Position numbers and translations under genes: made by a program. Shown piece after piece: positions 18,882 through 29,700 of a stretch of 64,000 nt of DNA (its first letter is position 1; each line of letters starts with the position of its first letter). The notes below the pieces were generated by a model. That model ran no database searches, had not been told where the DNA came from, and saw nothing but the letters and a program-made list of their open reading frames with translations. Where the stretch lies: the NCBI GenBank assembly GCA_963770835.1, contig CAVYRH010000010.1, positions 1-64,000 on the forward strand, written 5' to 3'. This DNA comes from an uncultured Pseudomonadota bacterium (lineage in GTDB: Bacteria; Oederibacteriota; Muellerivitia; Muellerivitales; Muellerivitaceae).

Positions 18882-20696
18882 ATGCCAGCTTTAAAAACAA
18901 ACTGGGTTGACCAGGTTTTCCCCTATTACGGGCTTATTCGAATTCTGAATTTCTACCTGGATTTGGAATGCTGGATCATTTCCAAGGGCTCCCCTTTTCA
19001 ATGGAATCCGATTCGTTACCATAACCGGGAATCCTGGCCCATTGAGTTTGACGACATTTTCGGGAAAAGGGAAGAACGGCAGGCTTTCAACCGTATTTAT
19101 ATTCATAAAACCCTGCGCGACGGAAAAACTTATTGCGGAACGCAAAACGGGCTTTCAAGTTTTTTCGTTCCTATCGTTCGAGATGGAAAAGCTATCGGCG
19201 TCCTTCAATCCGGTGTTTTTCTAAAGAAAAGCCCCGACAAAGGCTCGCTTCTCAAGCAATGGGAAAAATTATCGGAAGCAAAACCTCAGGAATTCGAACC
19301 GGATTTTTCCAGGTATGTGACGGCTATTTTGAAGACACCCTTGGTGGAAGCGCCGGTTTATTCGGCCCTGAAGGAACTCCTGGAAATATACGCTAAAGTC
19401 ACTGCGGGGGAGTTTGACCGGGAAGAGGCCTGCCAACGGGCGGAGAGCCTAAAAAATGAAGTTTTCGCCAAATATCTCCCCCACCGGTTTTGGGTAGAAA
19501 CCGCAGTCAAGAATAACCGGGTCTATCCTCCTGTCTGGTGGAGTGAAAAAGAGAGGGCCGAGAAATGGCGCAAGGAAGAACAGGGCATTAACCGTGTTCC
19601 TACCACCATCATTGCCTTTCAAATGGAGGACCAAGGTAGGGAACATCAAGTGGAATTGGAATCCGCCCTCCGGAACCATCATTTCCAGAATGAGCTTCTT
19701 AAATTTTCCAGGTCTATCCCCAATACCATTTCCAGCCCCCTGGAGAACAACGGGGTTTTATACTTCACTTCTTCTGATTCGAACCAAAACGAAACCCAGG
19801 AGAAGCTTGAAATCCTCGACAAAATCGACCTGGTTTCGCGTTTTGTGGAACACCGGTTAAATGCAAAAGTACTGGCCGGTGTCAGCCGGTGCCAACATCC
19901 CTTCGGAAATCTTTCCAAGGTTTTCCAACAAGCCGTCTCGTCTTTGAATTATTGCAGGCCGCTCAGAAGGCCCATTCTTTTTTATGAAGACATTCGTACG
20001 AACCCCACCATCCCGGAACCGACGAACTTCTACGCCCTTTCCAAAGCCGTTATTGAGGCCTATACCCAAGGCCGGACGGGCGAGATTGAGGCGGCGAGGA
20101 ACCAATACACCAAGCAAATACTCGCTTTTTCAGCAGGAAGAGTGGAGAACGTAAAGGTTCATTTCCTTTATACCTTTGGGAATATGGTCGATATTCTGCG
20201 GAGGCGATTGCCCGCACAAGATGGGGATCTTCAATCCTTATTCGAGTCTTTTGAAAAGCGGTTAAACACGTCAGGAACTATCGCGGATCTCATATCTATT
20301 TTCCTGGAATCGCTTCAACGACTTTTGGCGTTGAGTTTAAAGCCCGCGCAAACGTCCCAAACATTTCGGTTTGAGATGGTCCGAAAATATATCAACCAGA
20401 ATTTTAGCCAGGATCTCAAGTTGGAGAATGTCGCCCGGGAAAACGGATTTTCCATTTCGGTGCTCGGAAGAGGGTTCAAAAAAATCACCGGAATGGGTTT
20501 TTCGGCTTATTTGAGGAAAGTAAGAATTGAAAAGGCCGGGGAGTTATTAAGTTCAACCGCCCTTCCCATCGCCCAAGTCAGCCAGGAATGTGGTTTTAAC
20601 AACCTTCAGTATTTTTTCGATGTTTTTAAAAGGTCGACGGGAAAAACACCCCAGGAATTCCGGAACGCCCCGAAGGCTGCAAGCCTTTCACATTAA
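18882..20696 (+). CDS. AraC-family transcriptional regulator with long N-terminal (PocR-like) sensory region
   Basis: C-terminal double HTH 'YINQNFSQDLKLENVA...FKKITG...CGFNNLQYFFDVFKRSTGKTPQEFR'; 'GLSSFFVPIVRDGKAIGVL' is PocR-like. Confidence 0.88.
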   Translation: MPALKTNWVDQVFPYYGLIRILNFYLDLECWIISKGSPFQWNPIRYHNRESWPIEFDDIFGKREERQAFNRIYIHKTLRDGKTYCGTQNGLSSFFVPIVRDGKAIGVLQSGVFLKKSPDKGSLLKQWEKLSEAKPQEFEPDFSRYVTAILKTPLVEAPVYSALKELLEIYAKVTAGEFDREEACQRAESLKNEVFAKYLPHRFWVETAVKNNRVYPPVWWSEKERAEKWRKEEQGINRVPTTIIAFQMEDQGREHQVELESALRNHHFQNELLKFSRSIPNTISSPLENNGVLYFTSSDSNQNETQEKLEILDKIDLVSRFVEHRLNAKVLAGVSRCQHPFGNLSKVFQQAVSSLNYCRPLRRPILFYEDIRTNPTIPEPTNFYALSKAVIEAYTQGRTGEIEAARNQYTKQILAFSAGRVENVKVHFLYTFGNMVDILRRRLPAQDGDLQSLFESFEKRLNTSGTIADLISIFLESLQRLLALSLKPAQTSQTFRFEMVRKYINQNFSQDLKLENVARENGFSISVLGRGFKKITGMGFSAYLRKVRIEKAGELLSSTALPIAQVSQECGFNNLQYFFDVFKRSTGKTPQEFRNAPKAASLSH

Positions 20697-20832
20697 AACA
20701 CAACTGAACCTTTTGCATTAGCCCGAGAAGACGAACTTGGCTCCTTTACCGAATCTTTATTAGCCAAAAATCCCGTTTACCCTAATTCTATAAGGATGCC
20801 TTCAACGGCAATAAGGATTAAGATAAAGACCT

Positions 20833-22185
20833 GTGGAAGGGAGTCAATCCTATTCCATCCGGAGAATCGTGGTTATGGGGATTCGGGATTTCAAATATGT
20901 ATTCCTTTGCTTTCTTTTGTTTTTTGGCGTTTTTTCTGCGAATGCCCAATGCCCGGTTCCCACGCTGACGCCCGTGAGTTGGGGCGGCGGTTCCGTAACC
21001 TTGAGTTCCGGCTCGGGTTCCATCACGCTGATCGGTACAGGAAACTATCAATCAGTAACCCAAACATTCGAAAATGCCGGGGCGGCTTATGTCACCCTCG
21101 CCGGGAATGACCAGGTACAGGCTCAACTGGAAAGTGTGACCGGCTCCGTGGGAGTCAGTACTGTGGCCGGAATCTTCATCCGTGGGGGAACCGCTTCCGG
21201 GGGCGATGGGGGGTTATTGTGGGCCCGTGGGCCTTCCCTTACCACCTCCCAGTTCGCCGATAGGACCCTTGACGGTCCGTTGACCGTGTTAGAGTCCGCC
21301 AGTGTTACCATACCCTACTGGTTGCGGCTGCAAAACAGTGACTACGTCCTTTACCCTTCGGTCTCAACGGATGGAGCCAACTGGACCCCCCTACCGACGC
21401 CTTCCTACGACCTGAGTAGCGATCCTTTTTTTGTCGGCAACACTATTATTTACGGACTTATCGTTTGGAGCGGGTCTAACAGCTCGCCCACGACGGCCGT
21501 TTTCGGCAATGTTTGTATCAGTTCTCTCCCCACTTTTACCCAAACCCCCTCCTCGACCCCCACTCTCACCCCGACTCCGACCCATACCTTCACCCCCACC
21601 TTCAGCCCAACTTCCACTCCAACTTTAACCGTCACCTCTACTCTAACTTCCACGGACACTCTCACCCTAACCTCAACCCCCACTCTTACCCAGTCTCGAA
21701 CATTTACTTCGACTCCTACCCCTACATTTACCCCCACCTTCACCCCTACTCCGACTTCCACGAGCACCCTAACCTCGACCCCAACCATCACCCCAACCCT
21801 GACTTCCACCAGCACTCCTACCATTACGGCCACCCCCTCCAACACCCTCAGTCCTATCTCAACCTTTACTCCTACCAGCACTTTGATCTTCACCTCAACC
21901 CCCACACCCCCGCCCGGCATACTGGTCTGGCCCAACCCTTTTACTCCCCAGCTTCCCACCAACAATACCACCCACTTCACTCTTCCTTTGGGCCACGGGG
22001 CGGGGCGCATCCTAATCGCGGACCTGAGGAGAAGAAAAATCCGGTCCTTGGATTTCTCCCCGGGCCATGATGTTCAATGGGACGGCCATGATGACGGCGG
22101 CAATATCGTTTCTTCCGGTGTCTATCTCTATTTATTGGAATCGAACGGGACGGTGCGCCGCGGAACCGTTACCGTGTTGCGATGA
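20833..22185 (+). CDS. Secreted protein: beta-sandwich domain, Thr/Pro linker, T9SS type-B-like/FlgD-Ig C-terminal domain
   Basis: Signal peptide '...FSANA-Q' (start may be 20875); tail 'WPNPFTP...WDG...SSGVYLYL...RGTVTVLR'. Confidence 0.85.
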   Translation: MEGSQSYSIRRIVVMGIRDFKYVFLCFLLFFGVFSANAQCPVPTLTPVSWGGGSVTLSSGSGSITLIGTGNYQSVTQTFENAGAAYVTLAGNDQVQAQLESVTGSVGVSTVAGIFIRGGTASGGDGGLLWARGPSLTTSQFADRTLDGPLTVLESASVTIPYWLRLQNSDYVLYPSVSTDGANWTPLPTPSYDLSSDPFFVGNTIIYGLIVWSGSNSSPTTAVFGNVCISSLPTFTQTPSSTPTLTPTPTHTFTPTFSPTSTPTLTVTSTLTSTDTLTLTSTPTLTQSRTFTSTPTPTFTPTFTPTPTSTSTLTSTPTITPTLTSTSTPTITATPSNTLSPISTFTPTSTLIFTSTPTPPPGILVWPNPFTPQLPTNNTTHFTLPLGHGAGRILIADLRRRKIRSLDFSPGHDVQWDGHDDGGNIVSSGVYLYLLESNGTVRRGTVTVLR

Positions 22186-23957
22186 TCCGGGTTTTTCTTT
22201 GGGGACTGGTGATCTTCCTGGCCGCCCCAATCGGGCTCAGGGCGGCTTTCCTGGATTTCAGTGTTCCTCCGCGGGAAGCCGCCTTGGGGGGGAACGGAGT
22301 GGCTTTGCCCGAAGGGACCTCCAGCTTGGCCTTCAACCCGGCCGGCCTGGGAGATGAAGAACAATGGATAGCCACGGCGCGTTACGAAAATCTTTTTTCC
22401 GGTATTGGGGGGGACAGCCTATCCACGGGAAATTTATCGGCGGTTATTCCCTTGGGTTCGGGCGATGGCTTGGGTTTTTCCCTGGACCATTTCGGCGCAA
22501 ATACCCTCCAGCAAGACAGGCTTCAAGCCGCCTTCGGCAAGAGTTTTGACGAAGGCTCCTTTCTTCATCCCCTGCGCCTGGGGTTCAGCCTATCTTTCTT
22601 GCGCCAGCAATTCACCCTCCTGGCCCCCTTGGCGGGGGTAAACCCCTCGGACGTTTCGGCAAGCGCCTTTTCAGTGGGGGCGGGGGCCCTTTACGATCCA
22701 TTTCCCTGGGTCGGCCTGGGGGTTTCCGCTGAGGATTTAAACCAGCCCAACCTGGGAGTGGTGGGTACGGATCTTGTGCCCTTGTTGCTGCGTTATGGTT
22801 TGGCCGTCCGTCCTTCCGTGGGCGAGGACAAGCTGATCCTCACCCTTTGCCAGGAGTTAAGCGGAGGAGTCTTAACCACACAAGGCGGAGCTGAATGGGC
22901 CTTTATCCCTTGGGGGGTGGCCCTTCGGGCCGGAGGGGACGCCGATACGGGCACCATCGGCTTCGGGTGGAAAACCACTGGATTAACGATTGATTATGCC
23001 TACCAGTTTTCCTGGAACCAATCGCCCACGCTTAACGGCGTCGGATTGCCAGGGAGCCACCTTTTGGAAGTGGGATTTACCTGGGATACTACTTCACGGG
23101 AGTCGCGGGTTTTCAACGGGTTGTTGTTGAAGGGGCAGGAAGCCACTAAGGCCCAAAAGTGGAAGGAAGCCTTCTGGTATTACCAACAAGCTTACCTTCT
23201 CAAACCTTCTGATCCCACGGTTTTGCAGGGCCGGGCGGAATCCCTGAATCGGTATAACCTCCAGAGGGCGGAAGGTTATTTCCTGGATGGAAGCAAGGCA
23301 GAAAAACAGGGGTATTATCTGGATGCCCAACGCGACTACGAATGGGCTCTTTCCTTGTCCCCTGATGAGGGACGTTACGCGGCGGCTCGGGATCGGATCA
23401 AAAAAAATCTAGCCCAGGGGGCCTTGGGTGATGCCCGGATAAGGGATCTGCTGGAGAAATCAGTCCAATTGCTAAGGGAAGGGGAAAAAACGCTGGCGCT
23501 GAAAAAAATAAAGAAGGCCCGCGAGCTTTATCCCGATGACACCTTCCTCCAATATGTAGCCCGGACCTTCTCCCAGAAGGCCGGCACACCGATGGAAAAA
23601 GAGGACCGGAAAATGCAACAACTGGCCGTGGAGGCGGAAATTTTCCGCAGCAAAGGACGCCTTGATCTGGCACGTCAGACCTGGAAAGAAATAATAGCGA
23701 CCGATCCAAGCAACGCCCTGGCCCAGGAAAACCTGGCGGAGAACCAGGAGGGGGCCGGCTCGGTTACCCAGCTGACCGAAACTCAGCAGATGAGGATCCA
23801 AAAGCTTTTGCAGGCAGGTTTAAAGGCCTATGCCGGGGGGGATTCGCAGGCGGCCCTAGCGGATTGGCAGGAAGTGCTCCAGGTCGATCCCCTCAATGTG
23901 AACGCCCTAAACAATATTACCCGCGTCAAGATGGAGGAAGGGACGGAAAAGAAATGA
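22182..23957 (+). CDS. PorP/PorV-like outer-membrane beta-barrel fused to C-terminal TPR repeats
   Basis: 'REAALGG...LAFNPAGL', 'DLNQPN', 'IDYAYQF...GSHLLEVGF', then TPR helices. Confidence 0.75.
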   Translation: MIRVFLWGLVIFLAAPIGLRAAFLDFSVPPREAALGGNGVALPEGTSSLAFNPAGLGDEEQWIATARYENLFSGIGGDSLSTGNLSAVIPLGSGDGLGFSLDHFGANTLQQDRLQAAFGKSFDEGSFLHPLRLGFSLSFLRQQFTLLAPLAGVNPSDVSASAFSVGAGALYDPFPWVGLGVSAEDLNQPNLGVVGTDLVPLLLRYGLAVRPSVGEDKLILTLCQELSGGVLTTQGGAEWAFIPWGVALRAGGDADTGTIGFGWKTTGLTIDYAYQFSWNQSPTLNGVGLPGSHLLEVGFTWDTTSRESRVFNGLLLKGQEATKAQKWKEAFWYYQQAYLLKPSDPTVLQGRAESLNRYNLQRAEGYFLDGSKAEKQGYYLDAQRDYEWALSLSPDEGRYAAARDRIKKNLAQGALGDARIRDLLEKSVQLLREGEKTLALKKIKKARELYPDDTFLQYVARTFSQKAGTPMEKEDRKMQQLAVEAEIFRSKGRLDLARQTWKEIIATDPSNALAQENLAENQEGAGSVTQLTETQQMRIQKLLQAGLKAYAGGDSQAALADWQEVLQVDPLNVNALNNITRVKMEEGTEKK

Positions 23958-25366
23958 GGCTTGGCACGCGCTTTTCCATCAGCCACAGCGGTGTAGTGGT
24001 GCTATCCCTTTTCATCAGTTTCTTCCTCATTTACGAGGGCGCGCTGCGGCTCTACCAGCGGCAGGCGAGGCTGGGCCAGATGCAAGAAATTACCGATTTT
24101 GCGCTGGCGGCGAAAGAATCGATGATCCAACACGAGGATGTCGCCGTCCTTAGCTTTATGAGGTCGGCCTTAAGGAATTCCGCCGTGGCCTATGCCGCCT
24201 ACTTCAACCCTTCCACCGGGGTCCACATTGTTTTGCCTGAGAACCTTCAAAAGGAAGTCTTTCCTTCCGGCGACGCAGCGATGGGCTCTCCCGATTCTCC
24301 CGCTGCTCGTCACCTTTCCAACGGCCTGGAGGTGGCACAGTGGACGGCACCGGTTGCGGTGGGGAATGGGGCCCCCGGGCAGGTTTGGCTGGGTTATTCA
24401 CGAGCCGCCCTGGAAAAGGATCTGGGCGAACAAACGGGAAAATGGATGCGGTTGGAATGGGAGGCGGGGGCCATAGCCTTGTTGATCGGCTTGCTGGTTT
24501 CCCTGGGTTTGGGGCGCCAAATGGCGGCACCGCTCGGGAAAATCCGGAATGGGACCCACTTGGTGCGTTCCGGGAAACTGGACTCGCTGGTGGAGGTGCA
24601 CCGGAAGGATGAAATCGGTGACTTGGCGCGGGATTTCAATTCCATGGTGTCTCAGCTTAAGGAATTGGACGAAATGAAACGGGATTTCACATCGGGGGTT
24701 ACCCACGACCTGGGAACACCGCTGCATGCCATCCGCAGCGCTATCAATTATCTCCAGGCGGGGGACGCAGGCCCCCTGACGGAAAAGCAGTCCGAGTACC
24801 TCCTGATGGTTTCCAACAGCACTTCCAACCTGACGGCCTTCATCAACAATCTCCTGACCACGGCCCGCATCGAAGCCGCCAAGGTTGACCCTTATCCCGA
24901 ACCCGTTGATGTTTTCGCCCACGTCAAGGAACTGGTGGACCTCTACCAACCGCAGGCTGAAGAAAAAGGAGTGAAGCTTACCCTGACCCGGAAAAGCAGC
25001 TACCTTTCCCTTGTCGCGGACGTGACCATGTTTCGGCAGATGGTGCTGAACCTCCTCTCTAATGCGCTCAAGTTCACACCCAAAGGGGAGGTTGAAATCC
25101 TCTTGTCCGAGGAGGATGGTAATTTCATCCTGGAAGTCCGGGACACGGGCATCGGCATCGACCTCCAATACCACCGGTTAATTTTCGAGAAGTTTTACCG
25201 TATCCACCAGCCAGTCGGGTCACCGGCCCGCCAAGGAAGTGGATTGGGATTAACCATTGTCAAAGGATTGGCGGAAGCCCACGGGGGACGGGTGACGGTT
25301 GAAAGCGCCCTGGGTACAGGCAGTACTTTCAAAGTAGCGCTGCCCAAACAACCGGCCCGGTTTTAA
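23954..25366 (+). CDS. HAMP-domain sensor histidine kinase
   Basis: Two TMs, HAMP 'DEIGDLARDFNSM', H box 'THDLGTPL', 'NLLSNALKF', 'DTGIGI', 'GSGLGL'; ATGA overlap at 23954. Confidence 0.95.
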   Translation: MRLGTRFSISHSGVVVLSLFISFFLIYEGALRLYQRQARLGQMQEITDFALAAKESMIQHEDVAVLSFMRSALRNSAVAYAAYFNPSTGVHIVLPENLQKEVFPSGDAAMGSPDSPAARHLSNGLEVAQWTAPVAVGNGAPGQVWLGYSRAALEKDLGEQTGKWMRLEWEAGAIALLIGLLVSLGLGRQMAAPLGKIRNGTHLVRSGKLDSLVEVHRKDEIGDLARDFNSMVSQLKELDEMKRDFTSGVTHDLGTPLHAIRSAINYLQAGDAGPLTEKQSEYLLMVSNSTSNLTAFINNLLTTARIEAAKVDPYPEPVDVFAHVKELVDLYQPQAEEKGVKLTLTRKSSYLSLVADVTMFRQMVLNLLSNALKFTPKGEVEILLSEEDGNFILEVRDTGIGIDLQYHRLIFEKFYRIHQPVGSPARQGSGLGLTIVKGLAEAHGGRVTVESALGTGSTFKVALPKQPARF

Positions 25367-25398
25367 AAATTGATTCCCAAGAGACCTCGGAGGAAAAA

Positions 25399-26091
25399 AT
25401 GAATAAGATGTCCATCCTTGTCGTTGAGGACGACCCGGCGGTATCCATAATCACGCGCGACCTCTTCTTGAAGGAAGGCTATGCCGTCACCACTGTTTCA
25501 AACGGGACCGACGCCCTTAAAGTCGTTAAAACGAACGACTTTGACCTTTTGGTCCTGGACCTTGAACTACCGGATATCGACGGGATCAATATTTGCAGGA
25601 TGGTTAAAGAGGATTATCCTGACCGCAAACTGCCCATCTTCATCTTGACCGCCCGTGGTTCCTCCGAGGACATCGTCAAAGGCTTGGAGGCGGGAGCCGA
25701 AGATTACCTCCCCAAACCATTCAACGAAAGGGAATTCCTGGCCCGTGCAAGGGCTATCTTGAGGCGCAAGGAACCCCTTTTGCCCAAAGACGAGCAAATC
25801 ATCTCGGGCCGGATCAAATTATCCCCTTCTTCACACGAAGCCTGGTGTGCCGACAAGCCAGTTTCCCTTACTCTCAGGGAATTTGACCTACTGCGGGTTT
25901 TTCTTGCCAATTCGGGGAAGGCCCTCACCCGGGAAGAGATCGTGAAAATGGCTTGGGGGCCATCGACCGCCATCGTGCCCAAGGTCGTGGACGTTCATAT
26001 TGGCCACTTGAGGGTGAAACTAGGCCCCGAAGGGAAAAGAATCGAAACCGTTCCGCAAGTCGGTTATAAACTGGCCCCGCCCAAAAAGTAG
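25399..26091 (+). CDS. OmpR/PhoB-family response regulator
   Basis: 'ILVVEDD', 'LDLELPDIDG', 'KPF', winged helix 'LTLREFDLL...VDVHIGHLRVKL...VGYK'. Confidence 0.95.
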   Translation: MNKMSILVVEDDPAVSIITRDLFLKEGYAVTTVSNGTDALKVVKTNDFDLLVLDLELPDIDGINICRMVKEDYPDRKLPIFILTARGSSEDIVKGLEAGAEDYLPKPFNEREFLARARAILRRKEPLLPKDEQIISGRIKLSPSSHEAWCADKPVSLTLREFDLLRVFLANSGKALTREEIVKMAWGPSTAIVPKVVDVHIGHLRVKLGPEGKRIETVPQVGYKLAPPKK

Positions 26092-26108
26092 CCGTTCAAT
26101 CTTCCGCC

Positions 26109-26147
26109 TTATACGATTTCTTTACCGGTTTTATACCGTCTTTTTAC
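26109..26147 (+). promoter_or_regulatory. Putative OmpR-type binding boxes
   Basis: TTATAC/CTTTAC/TTATAC/TTTTAC at 26109, 26120, 26131, 26142 (11-bp period). Confidence 0.5.
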
Positions 26148-26549
26148 CCTGAAATCCCATTGGAGAGATTATTGTCACTGTCACATAGAAAGTATGTTGT
26201 TTTCGATGGAGAAGCGAATGGAAGGACCGACGGGAAAAAAGGAAGAGCTGACACCTATTTGGAATGAGGAACAATGGGAAAAATGGATATATTCCTTCGC
26301 AGCTGAGGTTGAAGGCGGGGAATCCAGAACTCTTTTTTCCCCGTTAACACCGCCAGAAGAAAAACCCTGATTGATCTACGTTATGAGGGTCTAAAAATTC
26401 GGTTGTTTCCTTCAAACTGAAAAAGTGAATTTTATAAAAACGAGTTTTTTGGGGCCGCTTCATAACCTCAACATCTACAGGCCTAGGTTTTTTTGAGATC
26501 TTCATCCAACACAAGTTCATTTTAAATTAGTTAACTAGTCGTTTACCTC

Positions 26550-26604
26550 AATTGCGGCATGATATCGTTTTCACCCTAATTGAAAACGATATCATGCCGC
26601 AATT
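26550..26604. repeat. Perfect 24-bp inverted repeat with 7-nt loop
   Basis: AATTGCGGCATGATATCGTTTTCA-CCCTAAT-TGAAAACGATATCATGCCGCAATT. Confidence 0.9.
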
Positions 26605-26751
26605 TCCAATTTTCCCGTCTTTACTCCTTCTTTACCAAATCCATAAAGAAGTACGAGGTAAGATTTAGTTACGCAAAAAAGATTTTTATCCGGCCCGATT
26701 TTGCCAGGTCAAGGAAGACGAAAACCGATTGAGGTCGGTTGAGGTATTTGG

Positions 26752-29700
26752 ATGACTGTCGTAAAGAAGAATTTGAATTTTCCTTTTGTCAAAGAAAAAT
26801 TCCCCCAAAATTTTATGTCCCGACGATTCATCCTTCCCTCGGAATGGAGTTGGGACTCACTGTGCCCCCCACCCTCGTTTAAAAACATTAAACGATTTTT
26901 AATAAACTTTTCGTTTCTAACCTTATTTGGAATGATCAGCGTTCAGACCGCGCTGGCCCAGGTGTGGCCGAATGGTTGCTTTACCAACGGGCTGACAAAC
27001 TGGTCGTCGGTCGTTAACGCCGGTTCTTCGGCCACCGCCGGCGGGGTCAATGGCGCCGGAGGGAATGGCGATTGCGTCGGACAGGTCCTTCAAGTGACCA
27101 ACGGAACCGTCTATCCCGGCCAAACCGCGCCCGGCCGGGCTCCCAACTCAAACGGGTTGTTGAGCATGGTGCCGCCCGGCCAAACCACCGCCGTCCAGCT
27201 TTTTTCGGGCCACGGGGATAACGACCACAACGACTGGGCTCGGGTTTGCCAGACCACCACGGTGCCTACCAACGGCAATACTTGTCTTTCTTTTTTGCTC
27301 GCCGGGGTCTTCGAAAACTACCACTATTTAAACACTCCAAACGACGTCAATGGTGACGGCTACTTGGAGGTCCGGGTTCTATTGGGGGCGGCTAATTGTG
27401 CAAATGCCAATCCAGGAAACGCAGTCATTTACGACGTCCTCCTTAATTGGGAATACCTTATCGGTTCAGGGCTAGTAACCTTAGACGGATTGGTGGGTAA
27501 CAACGCGGGGACTTATGGCTATGACACCCAGACTCCGCCCGGGTCGGGTACCAACGGTTGTGAGGTCAACCCCGGAAACGGCACGAATTGGGGGATTTTT
27601 CCCTGGACACCTTATACCCTCAACCTCTGCCAATACGCGGGCCAACAAATCACCATCGAAGTCACCGCTTACGACTGCAATGAGGGCGGCCATTATATTT
27701 GGGGTTATTTCGACTGCCCGACCTGGAGCGCCTGCGCCCCTGCTTCCGTTACCCTGACGAAGGCCAACAATCCAACGGGGCAAGTCGATGCGGGCCAAAC
27801 CATCACCTATACCTTGAACTATAAAAACACCAGCAACACGAATTACGACGATGGGGTGGTGGTTTTCGATACGATTCCCACAGGAACCGGGTTTGTATCC
27901 AATTCGCAAACCAGCAATCCCTATATGCCGGTGACTTTTGCTACGGGCAACACAGTGGGATGGGATATTGGATATTTAAACCCAGGAGCCTCGGGAACCC
28001 TTTCGTTTTCAGTAACGGTCAACGATTTGCATAACGGATCCTGCGCTGAAACCATTGTGAACCAAGCCAGTGAAAAGGATTTTGAAACCTGCTACCTTAC
28101 ACCAGCTCTTTTGACCTCCAACGCCGTCACGAATATTTTGGGATATACCTGCACGCCCACATTTACATACACTGCCACAAAGACTCCAACTCCCAGCCCC
28201 ACAGTGACCCCGACAAAAACCGCCACCTTTACATCCACCCTGACTTCCACGAGTACCACGACCAATACGCCGACCCTGACTCCAACTCCTACGCCGACCA
28301 ATAGCTCCACACAGACGCCCACTGTTACCAGCACTCATACGCCAAGCGACACACCCACATCGACGCGAACGAGTACCGCTAGTTCAACTGCTACGGCCAG
28401 CTTTACGGCGACTGCTACCAGCACAACGACCGCCACCCATACCGCAAGCTCCACGGCCACGAATAGTGCCACAAGCACCGCTACCGCCACCGTGACAAAT
28501 ACCTTTGTAAATACTGCAACTGAAACCGCAACCCAAACGGCGTCATCGACGGCCACCCTTACTGCTACATCCACTGCCACATCTACTTCGACGTCTACCG
28601 CCACTTCTACCAATACATTCACTTCCACTTCAACCTTAACTGTAACCCGTACCCCGACCCAAACTTACACGGCCACGGCTACTTCAACGGCCACCCTCAC
28701 TGCAACGTCTACCGCTACTTTAACTGCGACCTCGACCCCGACCCGAACCGACACGGCCACCGATACCTCAACGCCCACCCTTACTGCAACGTCGACCGCG
28801 ACTTTTACCGCGACATTTACTCCCACAACTACTCCCACATTTACTCCCACTTCCACTTTAACAACCACTGCCACTTTCACCACAACCAATACGGCGACTG
28901 CCACACCCACCGTAACCTCTACTGCGGGGATCTCACTGGTAAAACAAGTTTCCTCGAGCCTGACTGAATCGGGAAAAACCCTGACTTACACCCTCTCCGT
29001 TAATGTTATCGGGAACACGGCCTTTGGAATGATCTTGACCGATACTCTGCCTGCCCAAATGACCTATGTGGGTCCGGCCGCTAATAACCCGCCATCCCTT
29101 CCAGCCCCCGTCAGCAATCCGTCGCTTAACCAGCTCGTCTGGACGTTACCGGCTCTCTCCCCTGGGTCCTACCAGCTTTCCTACCAAGCCCAGGTGAACA
29201 ACCTTGTCCCCGGGGGGACGGTGCTTACCAACTCCGCGGTATTAACCTGTCCCGGTTCCCAGCCAGTGACCGCGAGCGCCCAGGTGGTTGTAACGGCGGA
29301 CTACACCTTGAAGATAGGCGTCTATAATGAAGCCGGGGAATTGGTTGACGTTTTCACCACCCAGCAAATTTCCGAACCCATCCCCGCTATTACGCTTCAA
29401 ACCAACACCATCACGGAACTTACGGGACCGGGCGGTGCGGTTACGGTTTATTTCGACGGAGCTATACTGGGAATTTGGAACGGGACCAGCGGAAATGGAA
29501 CACCGGTGTCAAACGGCACCTATATCATCAAGGCGGACAACATCGACAGTTCCGGGAACGTGACCACCATTTCCCAGCAGGTGACTGTAAGCCGGCCCTA
29601 TGCCACCGTGGAAGCAGACATTTATAACGAAGCTGGGGAACTTATCCGCCATCTCTATACCCAAGCGGCTAACACCGGGGGATCTCAAATAACGGCCGTC

